A DNA stretch of 36,959 nt. Source: a virus (Duplodnaviria > Caudoviricetes). Within the stretch, counting starts at the first letter, position 1. Each line of letters opens with the position of its first letter. The notes beneath the pieces are model-generated. The model did no database searches. It saw only the letters and a program-made list of their open reading frames with translations, and had not been told where the DNA came from. The stretch covers positions 1 through 36,959 of IMG/VR virus record IMGVR_UViG_3300020045_006845; one strand, written 5' to 3'. Shown here piece after piece: positions 19,307-28,109 of this stretch. The translations under genes were made by a program, and so were the position numbers.

Positions 19307-19720
19307 TTAATAAATTGGTGGCTGTGGTTTAATAATTGGTTGGTAGTGGGTTGCGTAACCTATTTCTAAATAATCACCACTAAGATTAATTTCTATTTCT
19401 CCTAATTTATTTAAAATATAAATATCCTTATCAGTTGTAATTTCATTAGCTATTCCTTGCAGCCTAATCCAACCATTGTTGGTTTCTATTCCTTGTAGGG
19501 ATTTTGGTCTGTAGATTAAATCAGAACCATTTGGTTGATATTTTTTTGGCATTCTTTTTGGTAAATTTAGAATGCTATCGCATAATTGCCCTTTTTGCAC
19601 ACTTAAAAATAAAAGACAATTACTTTTCGAATATCCATTCTCGTTAATTGTTAACTTTTTAAAGTTTTCAACACCAACTAACTTAACCTATTTCTCTTGT
19701 ATTTTTTCTTTCTTTGCCAT
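19307..19720 (-). pseudogene. Phage hypothetical gene interrupted by an in-frame TAG at codon 11
   Basis: ATG at 19720 is in frame with ORF 19307-19600: MAKKEKIQEK*VKLVG..NENGY..RPKSLQGIETNNGW. Confidence 0.55.
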
Positions 19721-19747
19721 AACTTCACATTTATTTTAATTTTACCG

Positions 19748-19981
19748 TTATTGAATAACCTCGCAATCTCTTAAATAAAAAGATTTATAATTATTAACTC
19801 CTTCTAAATCTACCATACAAAATCCATTTTCATCTGAAAAATACGCCTCTAATTGACCATTGTCAAATCTTAATTTTGCTAATTTACTATTAGGCAACTT
19901 TAAAGTAGTTGTTTCAAAATATATTTTAATTCCGTTTTTGTCTACTTCTCCAGTAAACATTCCATCTAAAATTGACTTCAT
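19748..19981 (-). CDS. YopX-like small protein
   Basis: FTG..DKNG.KIY...CEVI motif. Confidence 0.55.
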   Translation of the reverse strand: MKSILDGMFTGEVDKNGIKIYFETTTLKLPNSKLAKLRFDNGQLEAYFSDENGFCMVDLEGVNNYKSFYLRDCEVIQ

Positions 19982-20181
19982 TTTATTTTTATATTAATTG
20001 ATATTTGATTGTTTTGATATTCAAACTCTTTTATTTCTAATTTCCGCATAAACTCAAATAAACGCTCGTAATTAACGTTTTTTGATTTTCTAAAGGATAT
20101 TACCGAAGAAAAGGAAACGTTTAAAATTTGGGCTAATTTGTATGTTGAGTGTGGTGTTTGGTTGAATAGGTGGTTATACAT
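19978..20181 (-). CDS. Small Cro/XRE-like HTH protein
   Basis: STYKLAQILNVSFSSV pattern. Confidence 0.6.
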   Translation of the reverse strand: MYNHLFNQTPHSTYKLAQILNVSFSSVISFRKSKNVNYERLFEFMRKLEIKEFEYQNNQISINIKIK

Positions 20182-20184
20182 TGG

Positions 20185-20607
20185 TTAGTTATTTATATAA
20201 ACATAAATTGATTTAAAACCAGAATATCCAGGATTTGTTTTTTCTTGTCCAAAATATTCTAGGAATTCAAATTTTTTACAATCTGAAACCCAAGATTTTA
20301 AACATTCTTGCCCTTGATTGTTGTACTTATTAATGGTGTAATCTTGTCCTCCATTTTCTGGAGTCCTTTTAATTAAAACATCGACATAAGAATCTAGTTC
20401 TTTTTCGGAATCGTAAACCTTTGTAATATTTAATTCCCCTATAAAATAAGGGGTAAAGAAATTATTTAACTGTACAACGTTTCTAAATCCAAATCTTTCA
20501 TTAAGAACTATCCCTAATTCAGAATTGTTTTCAATTTTTGCTTCTTCTGATTCATTTACTAAATTAGTAAGTAAATCTCTTAATAAATTAAAATTTGTAG
20601 TTTTCAT
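20185..20607 (-). CDS. Hypothetical protein (likely start MKTTNF)
   Basis: The ORF-track TTG start overlaps the -7 box, so the downstream ATG is preferred. Confidence 0.7.
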   Translation of the reverse strand: MKTTNFNLLRDLLTNLVNESEEAKIENNSELGIVLNERFGFRNVVQLNNFFTPYFIGELNITKVYDSEKELDSYVDVLIKRTPENGGQDYTINKYNNQGQECLKSWVSDCKKFEFLEYFGQEKTNPGYSGFKSIYVYINN

Positions 20608-20634
20608 AATATTTTTTCTTTTAGTTTGATAGGT

Positions 20635-20665
20635 CAAAGATAGTATAATTTTTTATACTACCAAA
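20635..20665 (-). promoter_or_regulatory. Promoter (TTTG..TATCTTTG) with a perfect operator-like palindrome
   Basis: TAGTATAA-tttt-TTATACTA at 20641-20660 between the -33 and -7 elements. Confidence 0.65.
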
Positions 20666-20689
20666 CTTTTGAGTTAATTTATATTGGTT

Positions 20690-20857
20690 CTAAATAATCT
20701 GCACCGCTTTATAATAATAATTACTGTTTCTTTTTAGTGTTTGGTATTCGTGGTAGGTTGTTATTTCGCTTGTTTCTTCAAAGGTTACTTTGTGAATTGT
20801 GGTTAGTTTAAGTTTTGTTTCAGGTGCTAATAGTTGGATTTGTTTAGATTTTGCCAT
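20690..20857 (-). CDS. Small hypothetical protein, 55 aa (MAKSKQIQLLAPE...)
   Basis: Read manually; TAATG-coupled to ninG. Confidence 0.55.
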   Translation of the reverse strand: MAKSKQIQLLAPETKLKLTTIHKVTFEETSEITTYHEYQTLKRNSNYYYKAVQII

Positions 20858-21546
20858 TAGTTAAAAACGCTTTGATTTTCAGAATATAAACCTATTTTTA
20901 AATTTAATTCGTTTCTTAGTTCAATTCTCTCTTTTAAAGAATATGTTCTGTCTGTTTTTTTTAGTGTTTTTGTAACTTCTAACGCATTATAATATAGTTC
21001 TTGATATTCTTTGTTGGTTTTATTTGGAACTTCAAATTTACGCAATGATTTAATAAACTCTAAATATTCCGTGCCGTATTCAATTTCTAATTTTTCACGT
21101 AAAAGTCCATCATCATTTTGACAATTATTTGATGCAAAACTTTGTCGATGTATATTATGTAGATTAAAACGCATTTGTGAATGACCACCTTTAGAAAATA
21201 TATGCCCTCCTGCCATTTTACCAAACTTTCCACGAGCCAAACAAGGTAAATCTTTATCAATTAATCTTGCTATTAGTTGTATTTCGGTTTGTAGTTTGTT
21301 TTTCCAATTGGTTAAACTCTCTCTTTGCTCTTTTGTTTTTTGATACTTTATTTTTTTTAAGCTAATATCAACTTTTGGCATTATTCTTTTTTGAAATAGC
21401 AATTTTCCTGCATCGGTGTCAAATAAAAAGTCAGCTAAACAACTCGAGCAAAGTCCATGAGTTCGGTGTAAGGTTTCTCTTCCACATCCACTTACTCCCT
21501 TTGCTTTATTAATTCCTTTGCATGGTTTTGGTTTTATTTCAATCAT
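20857..21546 (-). CDS. ninG: NinG/Rap-like recombination endonuclease
   Basis: ARLIDK..PC...GGH..S.G.....RFNLHNIH.Q...N HNH-like NinG motif. Confidence 0.8.
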   Translation of the reverse strand: MIEIKPKPCKGINKAKGVSGCGRETLHRTHGLCSSCLADFLFDTDAGKLLFQKRIMPKVDISLKKIKYQKTKEQRESLTNWKNKLQTEIQLIARLIDKDLPCLARGKFGKMAGGHIFSKGGHSQMRFNLHNIHRQSFASNNCQNDDGLLREKLEIEYGTEYLEFIKSLRKFEVPNKTNKEYQELYYNALEVTKTLKKTDRTYSLKERIELRNELNLKIGLYSENQSVFN

Positions 21547-21552
21547 TTTATT

Positions 21553-21693
21553 TTAGTTTAAGTTAATGATGTATAAATGTTTTATTTTATTGTAATTGGT
21601 TTCATAATTCAAATAATCATGTAAATTTATTTTACCATAAATAAATTGGTTTGTTATTTTATCATGTCGATTTTGTAATAGATTGTAATTCAT
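21553..21693 (-). CDS. Small hypothetical protein (likely start MNYNLL)
   Basis: ATG just after the primase-helicase stop. Confidence 0.45.
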   Translation of the reverse strand: MNYNLLQNRHDKITNQFIYGKINLHDYLNYETNYNKIKHLYIINLN

Positions 21694-21694
21694 T

Positions 21695-23530
21695 TTAAAA
21701 CGGAACATCTGAATTATCATCATAAGGCATATCGTCAAAAACACCTTTAACCTGCTCTAAACTTATCAATTCAAAAGGTGCTACTGCTTCTTCTAGGCTA
21801 ATTTTTTCTTGTCTAATTTCATTTTTAATTTTATCAATTAGATTTTCGCATTGCGGTTCTGTTCCTCTTTCGTAATATCTGCCTGATGGTTTATGATAAT
21901 CAAACTCTAAAGTTGCCCCTATTTCTCCTTGAAAAGAATATTTAGTTTTTAAATTAGTAAAGGTAGTAAATGGTTCGTCGCCAAAATATCTATAAATACA
22001 AAATCCATCATGTGTTTGGTTTCTAAAATCTGCGCTACCTGAAACATCATATAAACTTGGCTTTTCATAAACACCGTTCTCTTTTTTCATTTTTGTAGGG
22101 TGCGCTATAACAATTATTAAAACATTGTTTTGTTGTGCGAATTGCGTTAATCTTGATAAAGTCAATCCTATATTTTCTCTTTCGGTTTTATTTCCAGTAT
22201 GTTCTACTTTATTCCATGCGTCAACTACAAAAATATTTATACCAAAAGAATAAATTTGTTCTCTAAATTTTTCAAATATCCAATCCCAAGTTGCAAACTC
22301 TCCATTTTCAGGACTTGTTAAGTATAGTTTTTGATTTGCCCATTCGTGAAATTGCATTATATCTAACTTTGAACATTTTGGCGTATTATTCATTTCAAAG
22401 AAATAGTTTTTACCAATAGTTTTTTGCACAAATGTACTCATGTGTAATTCCATTGGTTGATGTTCTGGACTAAAAAAACTAGCTTTAACGTCGTTTTCTA
22501 AAAGATAATTTATAACTAACCATTCAGTAAAATTTGATTTTCCATGCGATGGTATTCCTGTTCCTATACATAAATGACCATACATTAATTTAAACTTATC
22601 ATTCAAACAACTTAAAGCACGATTTTTAACTTCAATACAATTTGGTAAACCATCATTGTATAAATTAATCATTTTTTCAATTAAGTCTTCTGTTGTGAAA
22701 ACTCCTGAAACTGGATATTTTTTTCTATTGTAAATACTTTCTTTTAAAGTGCCATCTTTTAAATCGTCGTTAGCATCTTTGCCATTGAACAAAACTCTTT
22801 CGCATCTGTAACGCCCTAAACGTTGTGCGATTTTTTCAGCTACATTGTTACCGCTTTCGTCATTATCAGTTGCAATGTAAAACTTCTTAACTTCTTTTAG
22901 ATACTTTTCAGAATTAATCCAATAATTATCATTATCATTTGCTCCGTTTGGAATTGATATTGCATTTTTAATTCCAATTTCATAAAGTGCTAAAACATCA
23001 AACTCGCCCTCTACTATATAAACTTCTTCTTCTCCGATAATTGAATTAATGTTATAGAAAATTGGTTTACCATTTTTTGATTGTGTAAACTTTTTATTTC
23101 CTGAACGATATTTTTTATTAACTAACACATCGCTTTCAAAGTAATTAAACACTATGTTGTTTACTTCTTTATTTAAGGCTGGCTGGTAAAATTTTTCTTC
23201 ACTAACGTTAAAATGATTTAAAGTATATTGATTAATTTTTCTTTCATTTTCACAATGTTTAACGAGCGCATCTGATAAATCTGTATAGTTTCTCCACTCC
23301 TGACTTGGTAAAGTGTAATTTGATTGCACTATTGATTTTTGAATACTATCACGAAAAAACAAAGCATTACACCCATCATTGAAGCACTTTGCAGTACCAT
23401 TGTTAAACCAAACCATCAAAGATTTATCTGATTTGTTTTTACGAGTATCGGTGCAAATAGGACATTTTATTTTTGCAGTTCCGCTTGTCTTGTTCGTTTG
23501 GATTAAATCCCAATTTTGTATATTACTCAT
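21695..23530 (-). CDS. Bifunctional DNA primase-helicase (T7 gp4/Twinkle-like, SF4)
   Basis: Zn motif CPIC..CFNDGC; TOPRIM IVEGEFD and ATDND; GIPSHGKS, VVDAWN, AHPTK, LYDVSGSA. Confidence 0.93.
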   Translation of the reverse strand: MSNIQNWDLIQTNKTSGTAKIKCPICTDTRKNKSDKSLMVWFNNGTAKCFNDGCNALFFRDSIQKSIVQSNYTLPSQEWRNYTDLSDALVKHCENERKINQYTLNHFNVSEEKFYQPALNKEVNNIVFNYFESDVLVNKKYRSGNKKFTQSKNGKPIFYNINSIIGEEEVYIVEGEFDVLALYEIGIKNAISIPNGANDNDNYWINSEKYLKEVKKFYIATDNDESGNNVAEKIAQRLGRYRCERVLFNGKDANDDLKDGTLKESIYNRKKYPVSGVFTTEDLIEKMINLYNDGLPNCIEVKNRALSCLNDKFKLMYGHLCIGTGIPSHGKSNFTEWLVINYLLENDVKASFFSPEHQPMELHMSTFVQKTIGKNYFFEMNNTPKCSKLDIMQFHEWANQKLYLTSPENGEFATWDWIFEKFREQIYSFGINIFVVDAWNKVEHTGNKTERENIGLTLSRLTQFAQQNNVLIIVIAHPTKMKKENGVYEKPSLYDVSGSADFRNQTHDGFCIYRYFGDEPFTTFTNLKTKYSFQGEIGATLEFDYHKPSGRYYERGTEPQCENLIDKIKNEIRQEKISLEEAVAPFELISLEQVKGVFDDMPYDDNSDVPF

Positions 23531-24195
23531 TATGCTGGACTGTCAAAAAATGGTTTAGCTTTAGTGTTTTTTTGTTGGCTTAACCAATTTACAAAATGAC
23601 TTGTAAAATCATTTTTATTTGGCTTAATGTCAAATTTTAAATCTAAATCATTTTTAAATTCAAGTAACTTTTGTTTTACCTGAACTAAATTAAATTTAGG
23701 TGTGTTTTGCATCGCGCAAGTTTCTAACCAGCTTTCTGAATTTAATAAATCGGTATAAAAAAAATCATTTTTATTTGTTATTTGGTTTATTGGTATAATT
23801 GTATCATGTTTATTTATACTATCAATGCTTTGCATAGTGCTTTCGCTTTGCTTTATACCGTGCTTTATTAGTGCTTTATCTAGTGCTTTATCTAGTGCTT
23901 TATTAAAATTTGATATAGCAACTATATTGCTTGAGTATTGATTTTTTGATTTTTCAATTAATTCTATTAATCCAAAATCAACTAAATCATTAAGGGTTAC
24001 TATATATGTATTATAGCTTCTTATACCTATAGCATCTTTAGCCATAGTAGTAGGAAGTCCAAATTTATGTTTCCATCCTAAACGATTGCAATGCTCTACT
24101 ATAAAAAGATATAAAGCACAATGATTTGGTTTAATTTTTTCTGGATTTTCAAAAGCAAAATCCCAAAAAGCACGAGTTAATTTAAAGTAATCCAT
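23530..24195 (-). CDS. Replication initiator / replisome organizer (likely start MDYFKL)
   Basis: N-terminal wHTH-like ALY..I...N..GW..LVDFGLI; repeat-containing linker; C-terminal HF.NW; coupled to the helicase. Confidence 0.75.
   Translation of the reverse strand: MDYFKLTRAFWDFAFENPEKIKPNHCALYLFIVEHCNRLGWKHKFGLPTTMAKDAIGIRSYNTYIVTLNDLVDFGLIELIEKSKNQYSSNIVAISNFNKALDKALDKALIKHGIKQSESTMQSIDSINKHDTIIPINQITNKNDFFYTDLLNSESWLETCAMQNTPKFNLVQVKQKLLEFKNDLDLKFDIKPNKNDFTSHFVNWLSQQKNTKAKPFFDSPA
23826..23905. repeat. Iteron-like repeats, putative replication origin
   Basis: TAGTGCTTTAT three times at 12-bp period plus degenerate TGCTTT copies inside the initiator gene, next to an AT-rich tract. Confidence 0.7.
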
Positions 24196-24207
24196 ATAGT
24201 ATAAAAT

Positions 24208-24298
24208 CAAAAGTCCAACAAATCAACCGCTTCTCACTTCGGTGTCATTGTTGGACAATGTGTAATACTGATGTTGGTATAATGTGAGAAGCCAACTA
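24208..24298 (-). ncRNA. Putative structured leader RNA (kissing loop plus terminator)
   Basis: Hairpin loop CUUCUCAC is complementary to terminator loop GUGAGAAG; begins just after TATATTTG at 24304-24311. Confidence 0.6.
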
Positions 24299-24340
24299 CG
24301 TTACAAATATAAACATTATTTCAATATAAAAAACAAATTA

Positions 24341-24757
24341 CTAAAAAAATTGTTCAATACTATCTAAAATATCTTGCTTGTCTATTCCAAGCCATTTTAC
24401 AACTACATCAATAATCTTACTATACACCTCACTAAATTCGTTTTCGTCCATACTAGAAAAAGAAATGCTTTTCGCTTCTTGAATTTCAACTCCTTCAATA
24501 TTATATCTTAAATCGTAATAACCTGCAGATATAATTAAGTCTTTTCGTAAGTGTTCGATGTTGTTATACTGTTCTTGATTTTCAAACACTAGATTAAGCA
24601 ACGCAAAAAACTTTTTATGAAACTTGTAATTTCGCTTTTTCTTGAACTCAAATTCAATTGGCTCGTTTACAGCGATTTTCTTTGCAATTTCATAATCGGA
24701 ATTGTAAGCTATTTTAAAAGTATTGTTTAATTGCTTAACTAGTGTTATTTTACTCAT
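24341..24757 (-). CDS. DUF1367/NinB-like protein
   Basis: RNYKFHKKFFALL and KSISFSSMDE.EF..Y motifs. Confidence 0.75.
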   Translation of the reverse strand: MSKITLVKQLNNTFKIAYNSDYEIAKKIAVNEPIEFEFKKKRNYKFHKKFFALLNLVFENQEQYNNIEHLRKDLIISAGYYDLRYNIEGVEIQEAKSISFSSMDENEFSEVYSKIIDVVVKWLGIDKQDILDSIEQFF

Positions 24758-24800
24758 TTGATAAATCGAATGTTTTTATTAGTAATTGTAAGTTTTAATG

Positions 24801-25172
24801 TCAGAACGGCAGATCGTCGTGTTCTTCTTCTTTAAAGTCTGTTGCTGGAGCAAATGCTTCCGCAGATGGTATTGGTGGTGTTTGTGGTTTTGATTCTGCT
24901 TGTAATTTTTCAATTCTCCAACCTTGAATTGAGTTGAAATATTTAGTTTCTCCTTGTGGATTTACCCATTCACGACCACGTAAATTAATAGAAACTTTCA
25001 CGTTTTCATTTATTTTATAGTCGTCTAACAAATCACACTTATCTTGAGTAAACTCAATTAAAATATGTTGTGGATACTGCTCATCTGTTGTAACTACTAA
25101 TTCTCTTTTTTTAAAAGATGCGCTAACATCTTGCGTTGGATTAACTACTTTAATTTTTCCTACTACTTCCAT
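24801..25172 (-). CDS. Single-stranded DNA-binding protein, DUF3127 family
   Basis: F.KRELV.TT.EQYPQ, LRGREW, YFNSI.GWRI, acidic DDLPF tail. Confidence 0.88.
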   Translation of the reverse strand: MEVVGKIKVVNPTQDVSASFKKRELVVTTDEQYPQHILIEFTQDKCDLLDDYKINENVKVSINLRGREWVNPQGETKYFNSIQGWRIEKLQAESKPQTPPIPSAEAFAPATDFKEEEHDDLPF

Positions 25173-25190
25173 TGTTTAAAATTTAATTAT

Positions 25191-25715
25191 TTATTTTTTA
25201 TATGTTCCCCATTTAAAACGTGCTTTTCCGTTTTGGTCTTTACACGCTAGATAATTTAGTTTTCCTTTTTCGTTAAATTGACTGAACCAAACCCACTCTT
25301 TTAGTTTAAAATTCCAAGTCGGTTTATTTGTCGTTTTATCAAATTCATCATCATTTAATTTTACTTGTATAATAGGATAGTCATATAATTCACGACCTAT
25401 ACCTAAATTAAAACATGCTCTTTTAAATGCATCAGACGCTTGTCCTTTTTCTTTTTCTGTGTTGCTTTCAGTTCCTACATCTTGAACCCAAACCCACTGA
25501 TTAAGCTCTTTGTTCCAAATACCAACGCTACAAAATAAATTATCATTTATAACATCATATTTCTTTTGCCAAAATCCAACTCCATAAACAGCGTCAAGTC
25601 TATTCATGTCTACCCTTGCATCTTTATAAGCTAATATAGTTGCAAAACCTCCTTTATTAATTGATTGCACTCTAAAGTCAATTTCATTTATTCCTAAAGG
25701 TGTATTAATTTCCAT
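25191..25715 (-). CDS. Rad52/Sak-like single-strand annealing protein
   Basis: LAYKDAR..M.RLD.V.G...W and EKG.ASDAFKRA...LGIGRELY. Confidence 0.85.
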   Translation of the reverse strand: MEINTPLGINEIDFRVQSINKGGFATILAYKDARVDMNRLDAVYGVGFWQKKYDVINDNLFCSVGIWNKELNQWVWVQDVGTESNTEKEKGQASDAFKRACFNLGIGRELYDYPIIQVKLNDDEFDKTTNKPTWNFKLKEWVWFSQFNEKGKLNYLACKDQNGKARFKWGTYKK

Positions 25716-25720
25716 AATTT

Positions 25721-25936
25721 CTATTTATTTCGTTTATTGTATAAATAAGTCTGTAAATTGTCTTTTGCTTTTTTCTGTTCTTTGTAAAGTTTTAAATACA
25801 TTTGGTCGTTTCTGTTGTTTTCGTACTCGTTTTCTTCACGAACCTCAACATATGTAAACTTACTTCTTTGCGTTTCTGAAAGTTCATTAAAATCACTCTC
25901 ACGCATTCGTAAAAACATTTCTTTACTTGCTCCCAT
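25721..25936 (-). CDS. Hypothetical protein
   Basis: 71 aa, tightly packed. Confidence 0.7.
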   Translation of the reverse strand: MGASKEMFLRMRESDFNELSETQRSKFTYVEVREENEYENNRNDQMYLKLYKEQKKAKDNLQTYLYNKRNK

Positions 25937-26097
25937 TAGTTATAATTTACTTGTTTAACAATAATTCTCGTTTCAAATTTCTCAAAGCATTGTTTGGGAG
26001 AAAGTCCCGCCCAGTACATTTCAAATCTGTAAATTTGTCGGTTGCCTTTCCAAAAAGTGTAACCGCTTAATTGGTTTGTAAAATCGGTGTAGGTCAT
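25936..26097 (-). CDS. Small hypothetical protein, 53 aa (MTYTDFTNQLSGY...)
   Basis: Read manually; fills the gap with TAATG coupling. Confidence 0.6.
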   Translation of the reverse strand: MTYTDFTNQLSGYTFWKGNRQIYRFEMYWAGLSPKQCFEKFETRIIVKQVNYN

Positions 26098-26099
26098 AG

Positions 26100-26345
26100 T
26101 TATTCAAACATTTTTAAAGCATTATCTAATGTATTTTGCGCTTGTTCATTTGTTATAGATAAAAACACTTTATCTCTTGTTTCAGTATCTTCGTAACCAT
26201 AAGAATATTGACATTTTACACCATTAATATAAAAAACAACTAACAATAAATCGTTTTCTTCTTGCTCTTCATCATTACTAAAATCTTTTTGTAAAAGCAC
26301 TTGATGAGTTGGTAATTCAATAATTCTAAAATTAATTTCTTTCAT
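26100..26345 (-). CDS. Hypothetical protein
   Basis: 81 aa ORF in operon. Confidence 0.7.
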   Translation of the reverse strand: MKEINFRIIELPTHQVLLQKDFSNDEEQEENDLLLVVFYINGVKCQYSYGYEDTETRDKVFLSITNEQAQNTLDNALKMFE

Positions 26346-26356
26346 TTTTTCTTTTT

Positions 26357-26851
26357 TTAAAGTAGCGGCTTTGCGGTTAGTATTAATTCACGGAAATTCT
26401 CTAAAAATAAATCACGTGTTTCAGCGTCTTTGAATGATAGAAAATTACTTGTGTTATAGTAACTATCTTTATTTATTACATCATTATGAAATTCTATACA
26501 ATACTTTGAGAAACTTGAATCTTCCCAATCCGCAACCCAACCATCATTATAAACTTTCATTAATTGCGAAAGTTGAGCAAGCGCAATTGACGCTTCGGCT
26601 TGTTCATGTGTTGCGAAAAGTTGTTTAGAAAGTATTTTATTTCCTTTTGTTTCAGCAGAAGACTCTATTGCTTCGTCAAATACAGAAACATAATAACCTA
26701 CAATCTCTCCCAACTCCTCCCAACTTTTAGGCAATGATTTTTTACCAAGCTCAGGGAATGTTGTTAAAGCTAATTCTTTTAATTCTGCATCGTTTCCGTT
26801 AAACCAACGTTCGGCAGTTGCTAGTGTGATTTTTATTTTTCTTGTTTCCAT
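26357..26851 (-). CDS. Conserved Bacteroidota phage hypothetical protein
   Basis: LPKSWEE..ALAQL.QL...YN.GW..DW..FL.F......FL.NF..LI. Confidence 0.8.
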   Translation of the reverse strand: METRKIKITLATAERWFNGNDAELKELALTTFPELGKKSLPKSWEELGEIVGYYVSVFDEAIESSAETKGNKILSKQLFATHEQAEASIALAQLSQLMKVYNDGWVADWEDSSFSKYCIEFHNDVINKDSYYNTSNFLSFKDAETRDLFLENFRELILTAKPLL

Positions 26852-26873
26852 AATTTCTTTTTTTAAAGTTTAT

Positions 26874-26881
26874 CAAATTTA
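26874..26881 (-). promoter_or_regulatory. -7 box TAAATTTG
   Basis: Matches TAnnTTTG, intergenic. Confidence 0.55.
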
Positions 26882-26937
26882 AACTATTACAATTTGTTGT
26901 GCAATAGGTTAGGTTAATTTAGAATGAGTTTAGATAG

Positions 26938-27867
26938 TTAAAACAACGTAGCTTTATTAATATCTCCTTTGCCATTCCAGAATATACTTTCAAACACTTT
27001 CTTTTTATTATTGGTAGCGGATAAACTACTTCGGTGTTTAAACATTTCAATCTTTTCAAATGGTGCATCGTACTCGCTTAAATAAGCGGGATAATCTAAA
27101 TTTGAAAACCACTCGTAAAAAGTATCGTGATTAAATCCACCCTCTTTATATTCGCCTGTGCCTTTGTATGGAATATCACAATAAATAATTGGGTTTTCAT
27201 TAGGATTTATAATAACTTTTTCGTAACTTGTATTCGTTATTTGTAGGTTTTGTAGGTTTTGTAGGTTTTGTAGGTTCTGTATTCTTTCTAATTGAACTAT
27301 CCGCTCAAGGCTTTGTACATCAAACCTACTTTTATCCTCTTTTTTTATAAAGTTGCAAAATTTAATCCGCCTTTGTTGAATATCTTTTATCTTCAATAAA
27401 TTAGGAATATCAACTCCAATTTCATGCATTGCATATAAATCACAATTGACAATAAATTCGTGTGCTAATCGTTTTATACTTTCTATATCTGCACCATACA
27501 AATAACTATTTTGACTATTCCCAAAACTCCAGCAACTCATTACAAAACCGCTATACCAATCTGCGTCGTCATTAGTTTTATTAATTTGCTTTTTAAATTC
27601 TTCACGTGTTACCCATTCGTAGAATTTAGGCTCTAATTCTTTATTATTTTTAAGATACTCTACTAAACTATAAATATGTTTATTTAGTTCGTTATAATGT
27701 ACTTTAAATCGATAATCACGTATTGCAGTAAAACTAATTGAACCACCACCACCAAACAAATCATAAAAGTCTGTTATATTATTGTGGCGTTGCGTTATTT
27801 TCTGCAGTATATCACTTGCAAGTTTTCGCTTTGAACCCATATATGGTATTCCTAATTTTTCGCTCAT
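26938..27867 (-). CDS. DNA adenine methyltransferase, D12/Dam-like (likely start MSEKLGIPYMGSK)
   Basis: PYMGSK, DLFGGGGS (SAM binding), YCDIPY (DPPY-like), F.H..FY.W. Confidence 0.9.
   Translation of the reverse strand: MSEKLGIPYMGSKRKLASDILQKITQRHNNITDFYDLFGGGGSISFTAIRDYRFKVHYNELNKHIYSLVEYLKNNKELEPKFYEWVTREEFKKQINKTNDDADWYSGFVMSCWSFGNSQNSYLYGADIESIKRLAHEFIVNCDLYAMHEIGVDIPNLLKIKDIQQRRIKFCNFIKKEDKSRFDVQSLERIVQLERIQNLQNLQNLQNLQITNTSYEKVIINPNENPIIYCDIPYKGTGEYKEGGFNHDTFYEWFSNLDYPAYLSEYDAPFEKIEMFKHRSSLSATNNKKKVFESIFWNGKGDINKATLF
27241..27276. repeat. 9-bp tandem repeat x4 (TTGTAGGTT) encoding NLQ repeats in the MTase
   Basis: Directly visible. Confidence 0.9.
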
Positions 27868-28097
27868 AATACTATTTTTACTAAAACCAATCCTACAATA
27901 GCACCGCAACCAGCACCAAGAGCATAGGTTAATTTTTGATTTGTCGTTGACACACTAATTTTTGATACATTGAACGCCCACAATAAAGAAATGGTAAACG
28001 ATGCTATAAATATACCAATCCAATTAAGTTGCGTTATAAAATACGTGTTTATTGCAACGCAACCTACTTGCATAAACGATGTTAAAAATGTTTTCAT
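27864..28097 (-). CDS. Small membrane protein
   Basis: 77 aa with about three hydrophobic helices. Confidence 0.7.
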   Translation of the reverse strand: MKTFLTSFMQVGCVAINTYFITQLNWIGIFIASFTISLLWAFNVSKISVSTTNQKLTYALGAGCGAIVGLVLVKIVL

Positions 28098-28109
28098 AAT
28101 TAATTTATG

